Of a stretch of 64,000 nt of DNA, positions 1 through 12,096 are shown one piece after another. The position numbers were made by a program, and so were the translations under genes. The DNA lies in the NCBI GenBank assembly GCA_977016875.1, contig CDRNST010000119.1:744001-808000 (forward strand). Direction: 5' to 3'. Under the pieces are notes generated by a model. It had not been told where the DNA came from and ran no database searches. It saw only the letters and a program-made list of their open reading frames with translations. Within the stretch, counting starts at the first letter, position 1, and each line of letters starts with the position of its first letter. Source of the stretch: Pavona decussata. Its lineage: Eukaryota.

Positions 1-293
1 CCGCAATATGTACTGGTAGCAAAAGGGACATTTGACTGCACAATATACAACGTAGCATCTAAATTCTCCAAGATGGCAGATGTTGACGGAGAGTTCGTGA
101 TGGTTTTGCTACAAATAAACCTCGCCATTCGCACCGATTTTTTTTCAAGCTTTATTTTATTGCACAATACATAAAAGTAGGATAAAGCAAAGGGCTCTGG
201 TCGCCAATGTGGCGACTAACTTTCAAATCTTGGTCGCCAACACCGATAACTCAGGTGCATTGGCGACTGTATCAGGCGCAATTTCATGCCCTG
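1..293 (-). mobile_element. Terminus of a DNA transposon (hAT-like CAGGGC end) truncating Gypsy RT
   Basis: Minus strand starts CAGGGCATGAAATTGCGCC at 293, exactly where Gypsy RT homology stops. Subterminal TGGTCGCCAA/TGGCGACT motifs recur in both orientations (198-268). The other end is not seen in the window. Confidence 0.5.
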
Positions 294-1406
294 TCATGTT
301 CAAAGAATGTTAACCTTGGAAGCCTAAACGACACTTCTTCTCATTCAGGGTCAAGCCACATTCCATGAGATAGTGAAGGACAGCTTTACAGATTCTCGTC
401 ATGCTCCTGAATGCTACATCCATGGATTGCTAGATCATCTGCAATATTTGCAACTCCCTTACAGCCCACCAGTGTGTCCTTGACAATCTTCTGGTACTTA
501 TCCGTAGCCGAGGTAATTCCAAACATTAACCTCTTATATTGATAAAGACCTCTGTGAGTAATGAACGTAGTAATTTGACGTGATTCTGCATCAACTTCTA
601 CCTGGAAGGGAAGCCCCACTTCGAATGTAATTTATTGCACACCATAGAACCATTCAATTCGTGCAGAACTTCTTCAACCGTGGGGATCGGGTGCCATTCT
701 CTTTCAGTTGCTTCATTGGCTTTTCTCATGTCCACGCAGATGCGGATACCTCTGTCTGGCTTTGGTACTACCACAAGTGGTGAGACCCACTGGGTTGGAC
801 CACTCGGTACCTTGTTAATGATGTCCTCTTTTACAAGTTCAACCAGCTTCTTGTCGACTTTATTCCTCAAACCAAAGGGTAGTCTTCTGACTGGTTGTGC
901 GACAGGCTTAACATCTTTATTCATATGCAGTTTCAACTGATGATCTTTTAATTTATCCACTCCAGTAAACACATAGCAAACTTCTTGACAATGTCCACAG
1001 AATTCCCTTCACTTGTGATTGAGTATGCCTCAGGCAAGTTTGGCGGTCCAGCCCTTAACACGAGCAGTTTTTCAGCTGCGTCCTTTCCCAGCAGAGCTTT
1101 ACCTTGACCTTCAACAACAGTAAACTCCTCCACACAAGTTTCTCCAGACTCCTCACAATAAATTTCACTTTGAAATGTTTTAACCACTTCCATTGGTTCT
1201 GTTTGGCCATATGCAAACAGCTTCCTTTCACATTTTCGGGACTGGCACTGCACCCTTTTTGCTTCAAAATCTCCCATTGAGCACGATCCACAATGTTACA
1301 TGTTGCACCAGAGTCAATAAGAACATTGAACGCTTTTTGGACTTCCTTGGACTTAAAACAAACAGCAAAATGACCGAGAAAACCACACATACGGTTACCT
1401 TATACC

Positions 1407-1574
1407 TTTAGAGGTTTCTTCACAGGTGTCTCGCGTTCAGGCGATGTAGCGCATCCGGTTTAAACTGTAGATACCTACACCCTTATATCAAATTAAAGCT
1501 TATAGAGCTGGCTATCAAACTAAACCAAGAATTTTGAAATAAAATGAAATATCGAATTTTTCACGACCTCTAAA
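1407..1574. mobile_element. Short TIR element (MITE) inside Gypsy gag
   Basis: TTTAGAGGT...ACCTCTAAA inverted ends; gag homology stops at KAISCEF and resumes at the zinc knuckle on the other side. Confidence 0.55.
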
Positions 1575-2071
1575 TTCACATGATATAGCCTTCTGATGCA
1601 AACGGCAAACAAACTGATCGATAGTCTCGCCATCCAGTCGTTGCATTTGACGAAATTGATGACGCTCAAAAGGAACATTGACTTTAGGCATGAAATAACC
1701 ATCAAGGGCTGTTAAACAATCATTGAAAGTGGTTCCTTGGTCTTCAGGTACCAAAGTGTAGAAGACTTCTTGTAATGCCATATCTCCTGAGTGTGACAAC
1801 AATGCCACTTTCTCTCTATCGTTTGTCATGCCTTTCAATGCCACGTAGAGGTTGAAAACTCGCTTCCATCGAACTGAAAGTGAATTTGGCTCACCTTTGG
1901 GGTCGAAGCAAGTTAGGCCACAGACTTCTAACACTTGTTTCACAGTCGCCCCACCGGGTGTTAGTGGACGATGTGTTCAACTCACTCGCTTGCTCCTTAG
2001 TCACTGACATTTAGATTATCTTGGCAAAACTTCTTTACGTATCTAATCATACACCACTTTGGAATATTATT

Positions 2072-2081
2072 CTCGTCGCCA
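2072..2081 (-). promoter_or_regulatory. Primer-binding site, tRNA-Ser(GCU)-type
   Basis: TGGCGACGAG 2 nt after the LTR-terminal CA; complementary to the 3' end (CUCGUCGCCA) of eukaryotic tRNA-Ser(GCU). Confidence 0.75.
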
Positions 2082-2083
2082 AA

Positions 2084-2285
2084 TGTGGTGATGGCCCATT
2101 ATCAATGAAGATAAACACGGATAAACTGAAGAGCTTGTTTAATCACATTACAGCAAGCACGCCATGTTACAAGACCATAATTCCTAGCAAGCCCAAACCG
2201 TCATATCATAAACATGAAATGTCTCTTAACACAAACTACAGGAAATTCATTTTTCTGCTCTAACTATTTGGCAATGGTCACAACT
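2084..2285 (-). repeat. 5' LTR of the Gypsy element (about 200 bp)
   Basis: Plus-strand TGTGGTGA...TCACAAC imperfect inverted termini; the PBS follows immediately on the minus strand. Confidence 0.65.
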
Positions 2286-3907
2286 ATGAGTAAATCCTTT
2301 GAATTATCCTTTTTTGGGTCTTAAGATGCAATGTTGTATGTCACCTAAACACAAGTCTGCAAGCAATAGTAAAACATCTTTTCTGCACTAAGCCCTTCTT
2401 TCAGAACACCATACTAAAGTGGATGCAATAAGTAGGGCTGGCTTAATTACCCAGCAACCATCTAACTCTTTTAGGACTGGTAAAAGCAGTGAGGGTGGCT
2501 GGCTACTAACAAAATAAATAAAAAGAGTCTGAACACATGTGGATATCGGGTATGTAACCATAAACTTTACTTGGTTGCTACAAGGCTTAATAACAAGTGA
2601 TTTCGAGAATGCACTAACGTGCCCTTCTTTTTACTTCAATGTACTCTTTATGGTTATCAATCCATCTGTGCATGTCTTGGATTTCAAAATTTGACAGGAA
2701 AGATGACTTCATGCCACCATAGTGTCGATACACTCTGCCAGGTGTGTACCGCATGGCTTTGTGTTCTACAAGATCCTGAACTATCTTCTTGAGATGTTCA
2801 TCTCCAGACTTTGCCAAATGCCTACCAGAGCGCGGTAGAATGTGCAATTCTGTATCAAACTATGAGTTCCTTTGTTATGGTGATGGTCTCTCAAATTCTT
2901 TCTATGGACTTCTGAGAGGCATTTGGCCCAAGTTTCGTAACTGCATCCTTGAACAGTTGAACATTCGACTTTTCCTATCATTTCTGAGGTGAAGGAGGAA
3001 AAATTTCCAGCGGCGATCTCATTCGCCATCTCTTTTTTGGTAAGACGGTATGTAATCAGATTCATTTGAATTGCTAGATTCTCAACTGACCCCTTGCACC
3101 CCCACAATCTTGTCTGCAAGTTCTTAATTTTTGGAAATGTACAGCATATAATTATTGACAAGTTGGACTGCCAATTTGTCAAGGTATTCCTTTTTGGAAG
3201 TCTTGGAAGCATCTGGCTTTGGGACATCCTCACAAACATGATCAACCGATTTAAGCTTCATAATTTCCAAAGCAGCAGCAACAACTCTTGCTTTTAGGCA
3301 CAGGTAAAAAAACTGAGCAGGTTTGACTGCAGCGTCAACACAGGCCTTCACATTCTTTCTGTTGATTAAGTTCTGGTCGCTGTACAGTGTGCATTTGTCC
3401 CTTGAAAAAGCAGTAGAGTATAAGCGATCAAAAGCAACCTACAAAACAAACTGAAGTAAAATGTGTGATTATTAATTTACGTAATTTGTTTTCCGTTGTC
3501 TCCAGCACAGCATAAAAACAACAGAGACCAGTCTTGGAGAAATAGGCATTTTGCAGGCATTTAAAACGAAACAAAAAATATTTTACTTCAAGACAAAAGA
3601 ATCAGGCACTTTCTCGGCAACCTCAGAGCACCAAGAAACCAGTGCTCAGAGGCAAAATGAAGAGCACAAAATATGGGTACAGCCTATGGCTACATGAAGG
3701 CTACCCCTCCCCCCCTCCCACAAAAATATTTTTAATAGTCAAACTTCTCCTTGAAATGCAGATAATTTTGATGTCTCCTAACCTATACTGATAGGCTACA
3801 GGCTAAAATCCTGAAAGTGAAGACCTAGTGAAATGACAATAGATGACAAACATTTCTTATAAACAACTTCTGAAAAACACCTTGGTATGTGAACACACTA
3901 GACTGAG

Positions 3908-3950
<43 letters not shown>
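3908..3950. repeat. (ATT)n microsatellite
   Basis: Directly visible trinucleotide run. Confidence 0.95.
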
Positions 3951-3951
<1 letters not shown>

Positions 3952-3994
3952 AAACAGTACAGAGAATGTGGATAGTGAGGCTTCTAGACGATTA

Positions 3995-6900
3995 AGATAC
4001 ATAGATACATACATACATACATACATACATACATACATACATACGTTTATTGAAGCTCCCTTTACAGGGCTTTTCAGCCACAATATATTAAAATTACAAG
4101 ATAAGGCGAAAGAATAAAATGTAATAACTAATGAAATTAACTACTAAGGGAAACAGCATATTTACAAGTCTCTTCTTAAAAGTACCAGAGTTCACTACTT
4201 CTTTGAGGTTTGTTCCAGCAAGTAGCCCCTCTATAAGCAAAGGATCGCTGCCCAGTTTTTAATCTGCATCTCGGCAGACTTAAATCTTTGTTATATCGTG
4301 TATTTCTGTCATGAAGTTCTGATCTTCGTGTAAATTTGTTAATAAGATAGCCAGGGGCTCTTCCATTCATGCACTTATGGACCATAATAGAATCATACAT
4401 GAATAATTTATCAGAAACAGAAAGCCATTTAAGTGACTTTAAGCCTTCAGAAATGTGATCATACTTTCTAAGACCAAGAACTATCCTGCCAGCAAAGTTC
4501 CGAACCAATTGTAGCTTTTTCACATTAGTTTTAGAAGTGTTACTCCAAACAGTCGAACATTAAAACAATTTACTGAAAACTGAAAGCTTCGAGAAGAGTC
4601 AATCATTACACCCAGATCCTTGGCCACAGTAACAGGTTTAATTTCTTTCCCCAAGAAATGAATTGGCGAAATTGATGGCAAGGGTCTCATTAGGTGCGGG
4701 ACTCTGATGACAAAGAGCTTGGTCTTATCAGGATTGATGAGAAGGGAGTTCATACAACACCATCTTGCTATGTCCGAAAGATCCTTATTTAATGCAGTCA
4801 CTGCATCTGCAATTTGACTATGGGGGAGGCCGAGAAAAATTTTAGTTTCATCTGCATACCCCATGGCTTGGCAGTGTCTAGGTACAGACAAGAGATCATT
4901 TACATATAGTGTAAATAAAACTGGTCCAAGTATTGAACCTTGCGGTGAACCAACAGACAGGGGAAGGGGATCAGAGATACAGTTGGCTATGTTGACAACT
5001 TGATTTCGTTGTGAAAGGTAGCTTCTAAACCAGTTACACGCAGGATTGGACACACCAATGCTACGAAGTTCTGACAGCATCAGATCGTAACGTATGCTCT
5101 CAAACGCTTTAGACATGTCTAGAAGAATGATCACAGATACCTTTTTGTCGTCCATATTCTTAAGAATTTCATCAGTGAAATAAAGTAGAGCTGTTTCAGT
5201 TGAATGAAATTTCCTATTTCCATTTTGTTGTTTGGAAATTTTATCATTTTGATCCAAAAAGCTAACAAACTGCGAATGCGCTGCCCTTTCGCAGACTTTG
5301 GACATAATAGGAAGAAGAGATCTTGGACCTGTGTTGGAAGGTTCGTCAGCATCACCTGATTTAACAAGAGGAATAACTTCAGCCAATTTCCAGACTTGTG
5401 CAAATGTGTTTGAAGAAAAAGAGGTATTAACAAGGTTTGTAATCGCAGAGAGTATTGTTGGTAAGCTTTCTTTCAGTACTCTTGCTGTGACTTTATGCAG
5501 GCCGGGAGCTTTGTTTGACGGTAAAGATCTGATTATCTTTCCAACTTCTTCGGTAACTGATTGAAATTCAAATAATGGGCACTGGACATCCTGAAGGCTG
5601 CCATTTATTGGACAACAGTTTGATTCTTGATTGAAGGGGTGAAAGCTGTGTTCTTCCGCAACAGTTTTCGCCCTTGACGCCGCAGTTAGGCTGACAGAGG
5701 TGCAAAACTTATTAAATTTGTTCGCTTGAGAAAACGGGTCTTCTGTTGTACTTAATGGTTGATCTTTTCTGAGAAGACAACGATTTAACACTTTTCAAAT
5801 GGAGTTTGAATTTTCATTGCTGTTCTCAAGTTCAGTGCGGACGTGCTCCACTTCGGCAAGTCTAATTTCCCTCTTGACTTCTCGACGAAAGAAACGATAG
5901 GTGTTCCAGTGAAGCCGATCTTTTGTTTTAATTGCCATTTTGTGCCAATTATCTCGAGTTCTCATGAGCTGTCAAATCTCTGGGGTAATAAATGGGTTGG
6001 GTCTTGATTTTATTTTTACACGCTTGACAGGTGCGTGATCGTTGAGTACATCCAGAAATAAAGAATTGAACACATAAACGTGGTCATCCAAGTCATCAAA
6101 AATGTTAGCTGTATAAAACGGAACACTAGGCAAGTCCTCAATGAATTTAGTATGAGTATAATTCTTATAGCTTCTTACGGTGATATATGTGCAATGCGGC
6201 TTGGGTGCTTTCAATTTAAGTGTTACACAAACCAGGCTGTGATCGCTGATTGTTGATGACATTACCTGGCAGGCATTTACGATGTTCTCATTCGTAGTTA
6301 AGACTACATCAATAAGCGGCAAATTTTTAAATCTTGCATACTCAGAGATGCATTCTGGTTGTGATATCCGCCTTTTCATCTGTGATAGCAATATGACTGT
6401 CTTGAAGGAAGTGATGTACGAACTCAAATGTACGGACTGCACTCGCAAGTGCCACGGATACAATTCGCCTACCAGCAAGATGAGAAGGCTAAAAGCGGGC
6501 GTCAAATGACAGAAACTTCGCGGAACCTCAAATACTTTCTGGTTCATGTTAAATGTCGTTGAAACAACCCAAAGACAACGCTGGATAGTAGTTAATGAAC
6601 ATGAAGAACATGTATATAACTATTAATTATAACAATTGGAATTAAAATCTGGGCAAAAATATCCACGTCCTTAATCAGCTACGTTTTTGACATAAATTCA
6701 TACTTTGGAGACAAAAAGTACCCGGCACAAACGCTAAAAGTAGCCGGTGACTTGCGTCGGGTGTCGGGTGCTTTTGAAAACCCTGTATGAGGTCCAGGCT
6801 GGGGATGGACATCACCACATTGCAGAATTGTATCCACTCTTTGTCGCTTGGTTAATCTCCGGTAAAGCGATGACTATACAACCATGTTTAGACCACTTCA

Positions 6901-7085
6901 CAATTGAGAACCTCACTCAATTGGCGCAAGATTGGCCTTTAATGGCCCAAGAACAGCACTATATGAGCATTAGCTTTGGAGTGACTTTGATTTTTATCAA
7001 TGCCTCCGGAACCCAGCACGAACATAGAGAAAACCATACGAAACAGGAGCCGTACTTGAACATGACCGCCCGCCATCATGCATAA
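3995..7085 (-). mobile_element. L2/CR1-group LINE with 5' leader, most of the APE domain deleted, in an intron of the AcademH gene
   Basis: APE C-terminus (LIDVVLT..ISDHSLV); RT (NKAPG, LLDMSKAF, GSPQGSILGPVLFTLYVNDL, YADET); L2-type C-terminus (DHISEGLKSLKWL, GQRSFAYRGATCWN); AATAAA then a (TATG)n tail at 3997-4044. Confidence 0.9.
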
Positions 7086-7856
7086 ATTAGATACTGGTTT
7101 ACCTGAAGAAATTTATTGCTGGGATGCTAATCAGTTATTTTAAAGTTAAGGCCATCTAAATGCTCTTCAGGTGTAAACCCATTACTGAGATGCATGGCCA
7201 TTCACTGCTCACTCTACTGTCAATTGCTCACCAAAGGCTCCTTGGTCAGAATATGTCCTCTGCTCATCTTCACCAGTGAAAGGTACATACTTGTGTAGCT
7301 ATTTCAGAATTTCTAGAATCCCATCGGCGCTATTTTCATTGTGGTAAAGGACACCAAGAAAAGTCTGCGAAAAATACTAAGAACAGTATTCAGTAAATCT
7401 TATAGTGGGTCGATTATTATGTAACGTTATCAAATGAATAACTAGTAAAAGAATTTTTAATAATCTTGCTAGAGAATTTGTCAAGTACAGAAGTATCCCA
7501 CTGTTTTATTTCTGGACATCAAGTTTGGAGAATTTGTACACACAAGAAAAAATGATAATAGCACACACCCTGTCAGTTGCTTGAGTTGTTCCGTTTTGGT
7601 AGGGGTGTGGGATGTGCTTGGTTACCACTTCCTCAAGATGTTTAAGACAATGGATATTTGCCGTAATGATTCTTGACACCAACACAACATAATTTTCTTT
7701 CTGTTTTTGGTGTTTTGCATGGTTTAGTACACACTTTTCATTCTCTAAAGCTGCAATGTCACCAACAGGCCCATCTTGCCTGAGATGTGTTCCAGTTATC
7801 CTGTTCTCTGTTCTCATGACCGTCACATAGTGTTTTGATTTTGTTCAGTCATGTGG

Positions 7857-10474
7857 TAGACTGGGACAACTTGCAAAAGTAAACTTCTCTCGGCAAATTC
7901 AAGGAAAAGTTGGTAAACACACTTTTTTAGGTAAAAATTATGCGTAGAAAACCAATATTTTGTTTACCAAGTTGAATTTGGCCATTTTGAACTTCAAATC
8001 AGTCATTTTCATTAGCATATAGGCAATTAAGACATGAAAGCAAGGCCACTTGTTGTATCTCCTTACAAACACTTTAAAACGGTTAAAATTTCACACAAAT
8101 CACCAGAGGATATGTACAATATGTTTTTAGAAAGATTTTGTGTTTACGACACGCAGTTCACATGGTCTTCTTCGTCTTGCGCACGCTTCATTGCAGCTGT
8201 CTGCGTCAGTTACACTATACATTCTACAAAGGAACTTCTCAACGGACTTCACTGTTGAATAATCCAGATTACCATTTCCTAGGTTTGTCGACAGCCTGTG
8301 GTGTTCTGTGAATGTATGTCGTCTTCAAGATCATCAAACGTGTTGCACTCCGAAGGTTTTCCTAGAGTCATAACTAATGCTTGTCCATCTACTACTAATG
8401 TCGATTGTCCTGCGATTGGTGTGACCCAAGCACGTTCCGTCCCACTCGACAGCAGCTCTATCATCACTGACTTATTTCCAGTGCGTAGCTGACCATTGGT
8501 ATCCTCGATAGCAAGAGAAACTGCCATCTATTCATGGCTGAGGATTCGAGGTAAATCTACAGTTCTACCAGCATCAAACGCTGTAATGATCCATTGAAGG
8601 ATATTTCTATCGGCTTTGATGGTGGCAGACTTCTCACTCTCTTTCTTTTCGACTTCATGAAAAGAGAAGAAGATGTTGGAGCTTTATTTTTGTGTAGAGG
8701 ATCCCTAAGCTTCTTGTGTTGTCCATAAGCCTTTCCTTCACAAAGTTCACCAGTTTCTTTTTTTCAAGGCTGTTTGCTTTAAGTAGGGACTCTTCTATAC
8801 TTGTTGCCACGTATTTGGTGATAATGTTTTGCAACCTTTCAGGTACTGTTGGCTGTTGTTTGATATTGAAAACGTTTGCTAGATGTAACAACTCGACCAC
8901 TTTCTTCTCATCGACATGATCAGGGCAGTTTCCTTGATGGGTTAGACTCATTGCATGTTATCTCGTCATCATCTTTAATGTGGTACGTCTTCCTTATTAA
9001 TGCAGCAATATGCGCGCAAAAGGTTAAATGACAGAGTCCATCTACACAGTGCGGCTGTCGTCCTTGTAATGCCAATTATCCCTTTGCCTCTCTTTCCTGT
9101 ACCATTGAGCCACTCCTGACTTTGATTGGGATCGACCTGATTAAATCGTCGAGAGGAACCTTCCACGATCCTGTTGCCCTTGTCAAACTAGGTTTGTACC
9201 TCTTGTGGGAGCTGCTTCATTTAAGCAAGGTGCACAGGACCCCATCGTGCGTAATCTGTGTGATCATAATGATGGAAAAATGGCAGCATCTTGCAAAAGG
9301 CATACAGATGTAGGTCCCAAATTCCCTCTCTTTGAGCTCTGATAAACAGCAGAAGGATACAGACCATGTCCGTGTACTGCAACCAGCACTGGAGATTAGG
9401 ATTCTTTTCCTTCTTCACTGCGATCAATGATACTAGTAGTTTGCGGTATCTACCAGTTGACAGAAGGTCAAGAACTTTTAAAAAACTCTCCTTCCGAAAT
9501 GTCTGAAGAGACTTCTGAAGACTTTGTAGATCGTTATCTTGCTGTTCTATATGGGCCAAAAGTTGCGACAGAAGCAATTGCCTTGTCTACCGGCTATTTG
9601 TTTTTGTGTTCAACAAAACATTTTCGCTGTCTAGATCACCCTCTGCTTAATAGTCACCATCACTGTCATCATCATCATAATCACGACCAATGATGTCACT
9701 GTTGTCTACCTTGTCATCGTCATCACAATCACTCAGCCCATTCTCAAGGAGAGACTTTCTCCTAATCACAAGCCTTCTGAACATGTACAAACTGCCATAG
9801 CATTTTCCTTAAGATGTTCAGGCCTTGGTGCAAAGGCTTCGCTAATATATCAGAGCGAAGCTTCACTGCCATATGTACCATCGAGAGAAAATCATCTCTT
9901 TCATCAAGTGGATAGACGGGGATGACAGGCTGTGACCAAGTTGTTGATTCAAAACTTCTGAGACAGGAATATGGCTAAATTTAATAGGCACTAACACTGT
10001 TTGGGGCTTCTGTGTTGGCAGTGTCCCTCACTTTTCGTTTTCCTCGGATGATCCTTTTAGCGAACACAAACCTTACACTGTTGCGCTGAACAGGATATCC
10101 TTTTTTGCATCCTTTCAGATAATACATTCACTTAAGCAAATAACAGACGCAGATCATTTTAAACTTGCCCCAACCACAATCATATTATATTATAGAGAAT
10201 TAGACAAGTGTAGTATTGCTCTTTTGGAAAAAAAATCGATTACAAACAAGCTTTTAAAAAAGGGAAACAATTTTGCCTCGTTTCCATGACCGGTATTTGG
10301 TTCCGTTTTTAAAAAGCCAGATTTCGAGAGTAAAAACTCACAATCCAGCTTGGTAAACAATTTTTTCATATTCAGCACCTAATTATGACTTTAAAAACTG
10401 TATTTAACAACTTTTCCTCGAGTTTTCCGGTAGAATTTTTAAAAACAGCCTTTTTCAGAATTTATCCCAGTCCA
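7857..10474 (-). mobile_element. AcademX-type DNA transposon, internally deleted, with TIRs and 3-bp TSD
   Basis: TIRs TAGACTGGGACAA / TGGACTGGGATAA; TSD TGG at 7854-7856 and 10475-10477. Fragments FIRAQREGIWDLHL..MLPFF..YARW, FNQVDPNQSQEWLN..GIIGIT, GQLRTGNKS..VVDGQALV, VEKFLCRMY. Confidence 0.88.
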
Positions 10475-10559
10475 TGGTGCACTTTTTGATGAAAGTCAAA
10501 ATTATCAAATGCTATCTTGCGTCCTTTATCAGGTTGGAGCACAATTAGAATGTTATGGT

Positions 10560-10985
10560 GATCTGAAGAAGTACAAGTGGTAGTGCTTTGTTCCGCAGAA
10601 GTCCCCATTGGGGTGTGGAGCCCTGAACTTTGCTCTTTAGAAGACCCTGAATAAGTCATGGTGTGGTGCCCTGGACGTTGCTCTAAGGAAGCCCCATTTG
10701 TGATGTGGAATATGGCACTTTGCTCTGCAGAAGTCCCAATTGTGGTGAGATTCCCAATGCTTTGCTCTGCATAAACCCCAGTTGTGGTGTGGTGCGTGAT
10801 ATTTTGCCCTGAAGAAGTGCAAGTGGCAGTGCTTTGCTCCACAGACATCCCCATTGGGGTGTGGTGCCCTGCACTTTGCGTTATAGAAGGTTCTATATCT
10901 CGCTCTTAAGAAGGACAAGTGGCAGTGTGGTGTGTGATACCTTGCTCTGCAATCGCAGTGTAGTGCCCTAGACTCTACTCTGAAG
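10560..10985 (-). repeat. Degenerate 45-bp (15-aa) coding minisatellite inside the AcademH exon
   Basis: Recurrent HHTxxGxSAEQS units; 10565-10635 and 10811-10881 are near duplicates. Confidence 0.75.
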
Positions 10986-11191
10986 TTGTAGTTTTATGCT
11001 GGGATAACACATCAAGATACATGAACTCATTGCTCACTCGCTTCTTTATTGCTGCATTGAAATCCTTCTTTTTTGTTTTAGAAACCAATCCATACAGTCA
11101 TCGTCAACGAGAATCAGTCCCCAATTGATTGATGTCAATAATGATAATAGGAAAATTTATTGATCTCACAGACAAAATTAGGATAGATGGT

Positions 11192-11345
11192 ATAAACCAT
11201 TTCCGAGTTGTTTTGAACCTCATTATGAAAGTGAGGCTAAGTGCAAAGTTTTTTTTATGAAAATGCATTCAAATACAAACAAAATTAATTTTCAAATGAA
11301 ACGTTTTGCACCTAGCATCACTTTCATAGTGAGGTCCACAGCATC
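11192..11345. mobile_element. Palindromic MITE, truncated on the right
   Basis: CCTCATTATGAAAGTGAGGCTAAGTGCAAA pairs with TTTGCACCTAGCATCACTTTCATAGTGAGG; it sits within an older ATCAAT/ATCGAT-rich repeat (about 11105-11560). Confidence 0.7.
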
Positions 11346-12029
11346 TTGATTGGAAAGAAAAATAAAATATACATTAAGCATTCAATAGTAATGTTAATCA
11401 ATGATTGTTGGTTTCCATTGATCAATAATCAATATCAATCGCACTTAAAACTTCTTTTCTTCATCGATTTCTATTGACTGTCCATAGATATCAATATTAT
11501 TTTTATTTTCACCGATTACTAACGATATTATTATTATTTATCTATCAAAAATGCCTGGTGTATCATGGGGCCAGTATTATTTAAATAGGAGACAAGTAGC
11601 TCCACGTTGAGATAAGAAATTTATGGAAACAATTTAGAAAAAAAGATAATGATCAAAACATCAAACGTACCATCCAATTGGAGTGATATCCAAATATGCT
11701 AATAAGTAGCTGCACACCATTCATGAACTGCGAGCGATTTCTAAGTCATATAGCTGCTGCCATCCTAACTGCCTGTTTCCATACACTGTTCTTAATTCGC
11801 CTGTTGTTAATACAATAACACGAAGGACACCATGAAAAAATGGAGCTTTAGAAGCCGACTAATCATTAAATTTGTCAAATGTAAAATTCAACAGTTTCTC
11901 CTTATCTGGCGACCTCACACAACTTGGCTCCTTCTTGGAGCCACACACCATCGCAGGAAAAAATAATTTTTTCACATAAATTACTCTGACGTCACATAAC
12001 AAAGTTTTTCTTCGGGGGGGGTGGATAAA

Positions 12030-12044
12030 TATCATTATTATTAC

Positions 12045-12083
<39 letters not shown>

Positions 12084-12096
12084 TATTATTATTATT
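12030..12096. repeat. (ATT)n microsatellite
   Basis: Directly visible. Confidence 0.95.

Larger units (their letters stand above)
294..2285 (-). mobile_element. Ty3/Gypsy LTR retrotransposon, 5' part (LTR, PBS, gag, protease, RT), frameshifted
   Basis: gag (PKVNVPFERHQFRQM..GETIDQFVCRL, 1515-1943); zinc-knuckle remnant CGFLGHFAVC; protease LIDSGATCN; RT WVSPLVVVPK..IRICVDMR, TFITHRGLYQYKRLMFG, IADDL. Confidence 0.93.
2614..11945 (-). pseudogene. Intron-containing AcademH-type (DUF6589-like) transposase, disrupted
   Basis: Exons: about 11945-11671 (AAAI*LRNRSQFMNGVQLLISIFGYHS), about 11100-10475 (IAFDNFDFHQKVH), 7856-7569 (YVVLVSRII..VVTKHIPHPY), 7364-7103 (LGVLYHNEN..FGEQLTVE..NGFTPEEHLDGL..D*H), 3438-2614 (TLYSDQNLINRKNV..SGRH..PGRVY..HRWIDNHK). 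GT-AG boundaries at 11670, 7568, 7365, 7102 and 3439. Confidence 0.8.

Noticed and set aside
3898-4083. Poly-Ile and YVCM-repeat ORFs (also the Ile run in 11859-12191)
   Set aside because: Translations of microsatellites.
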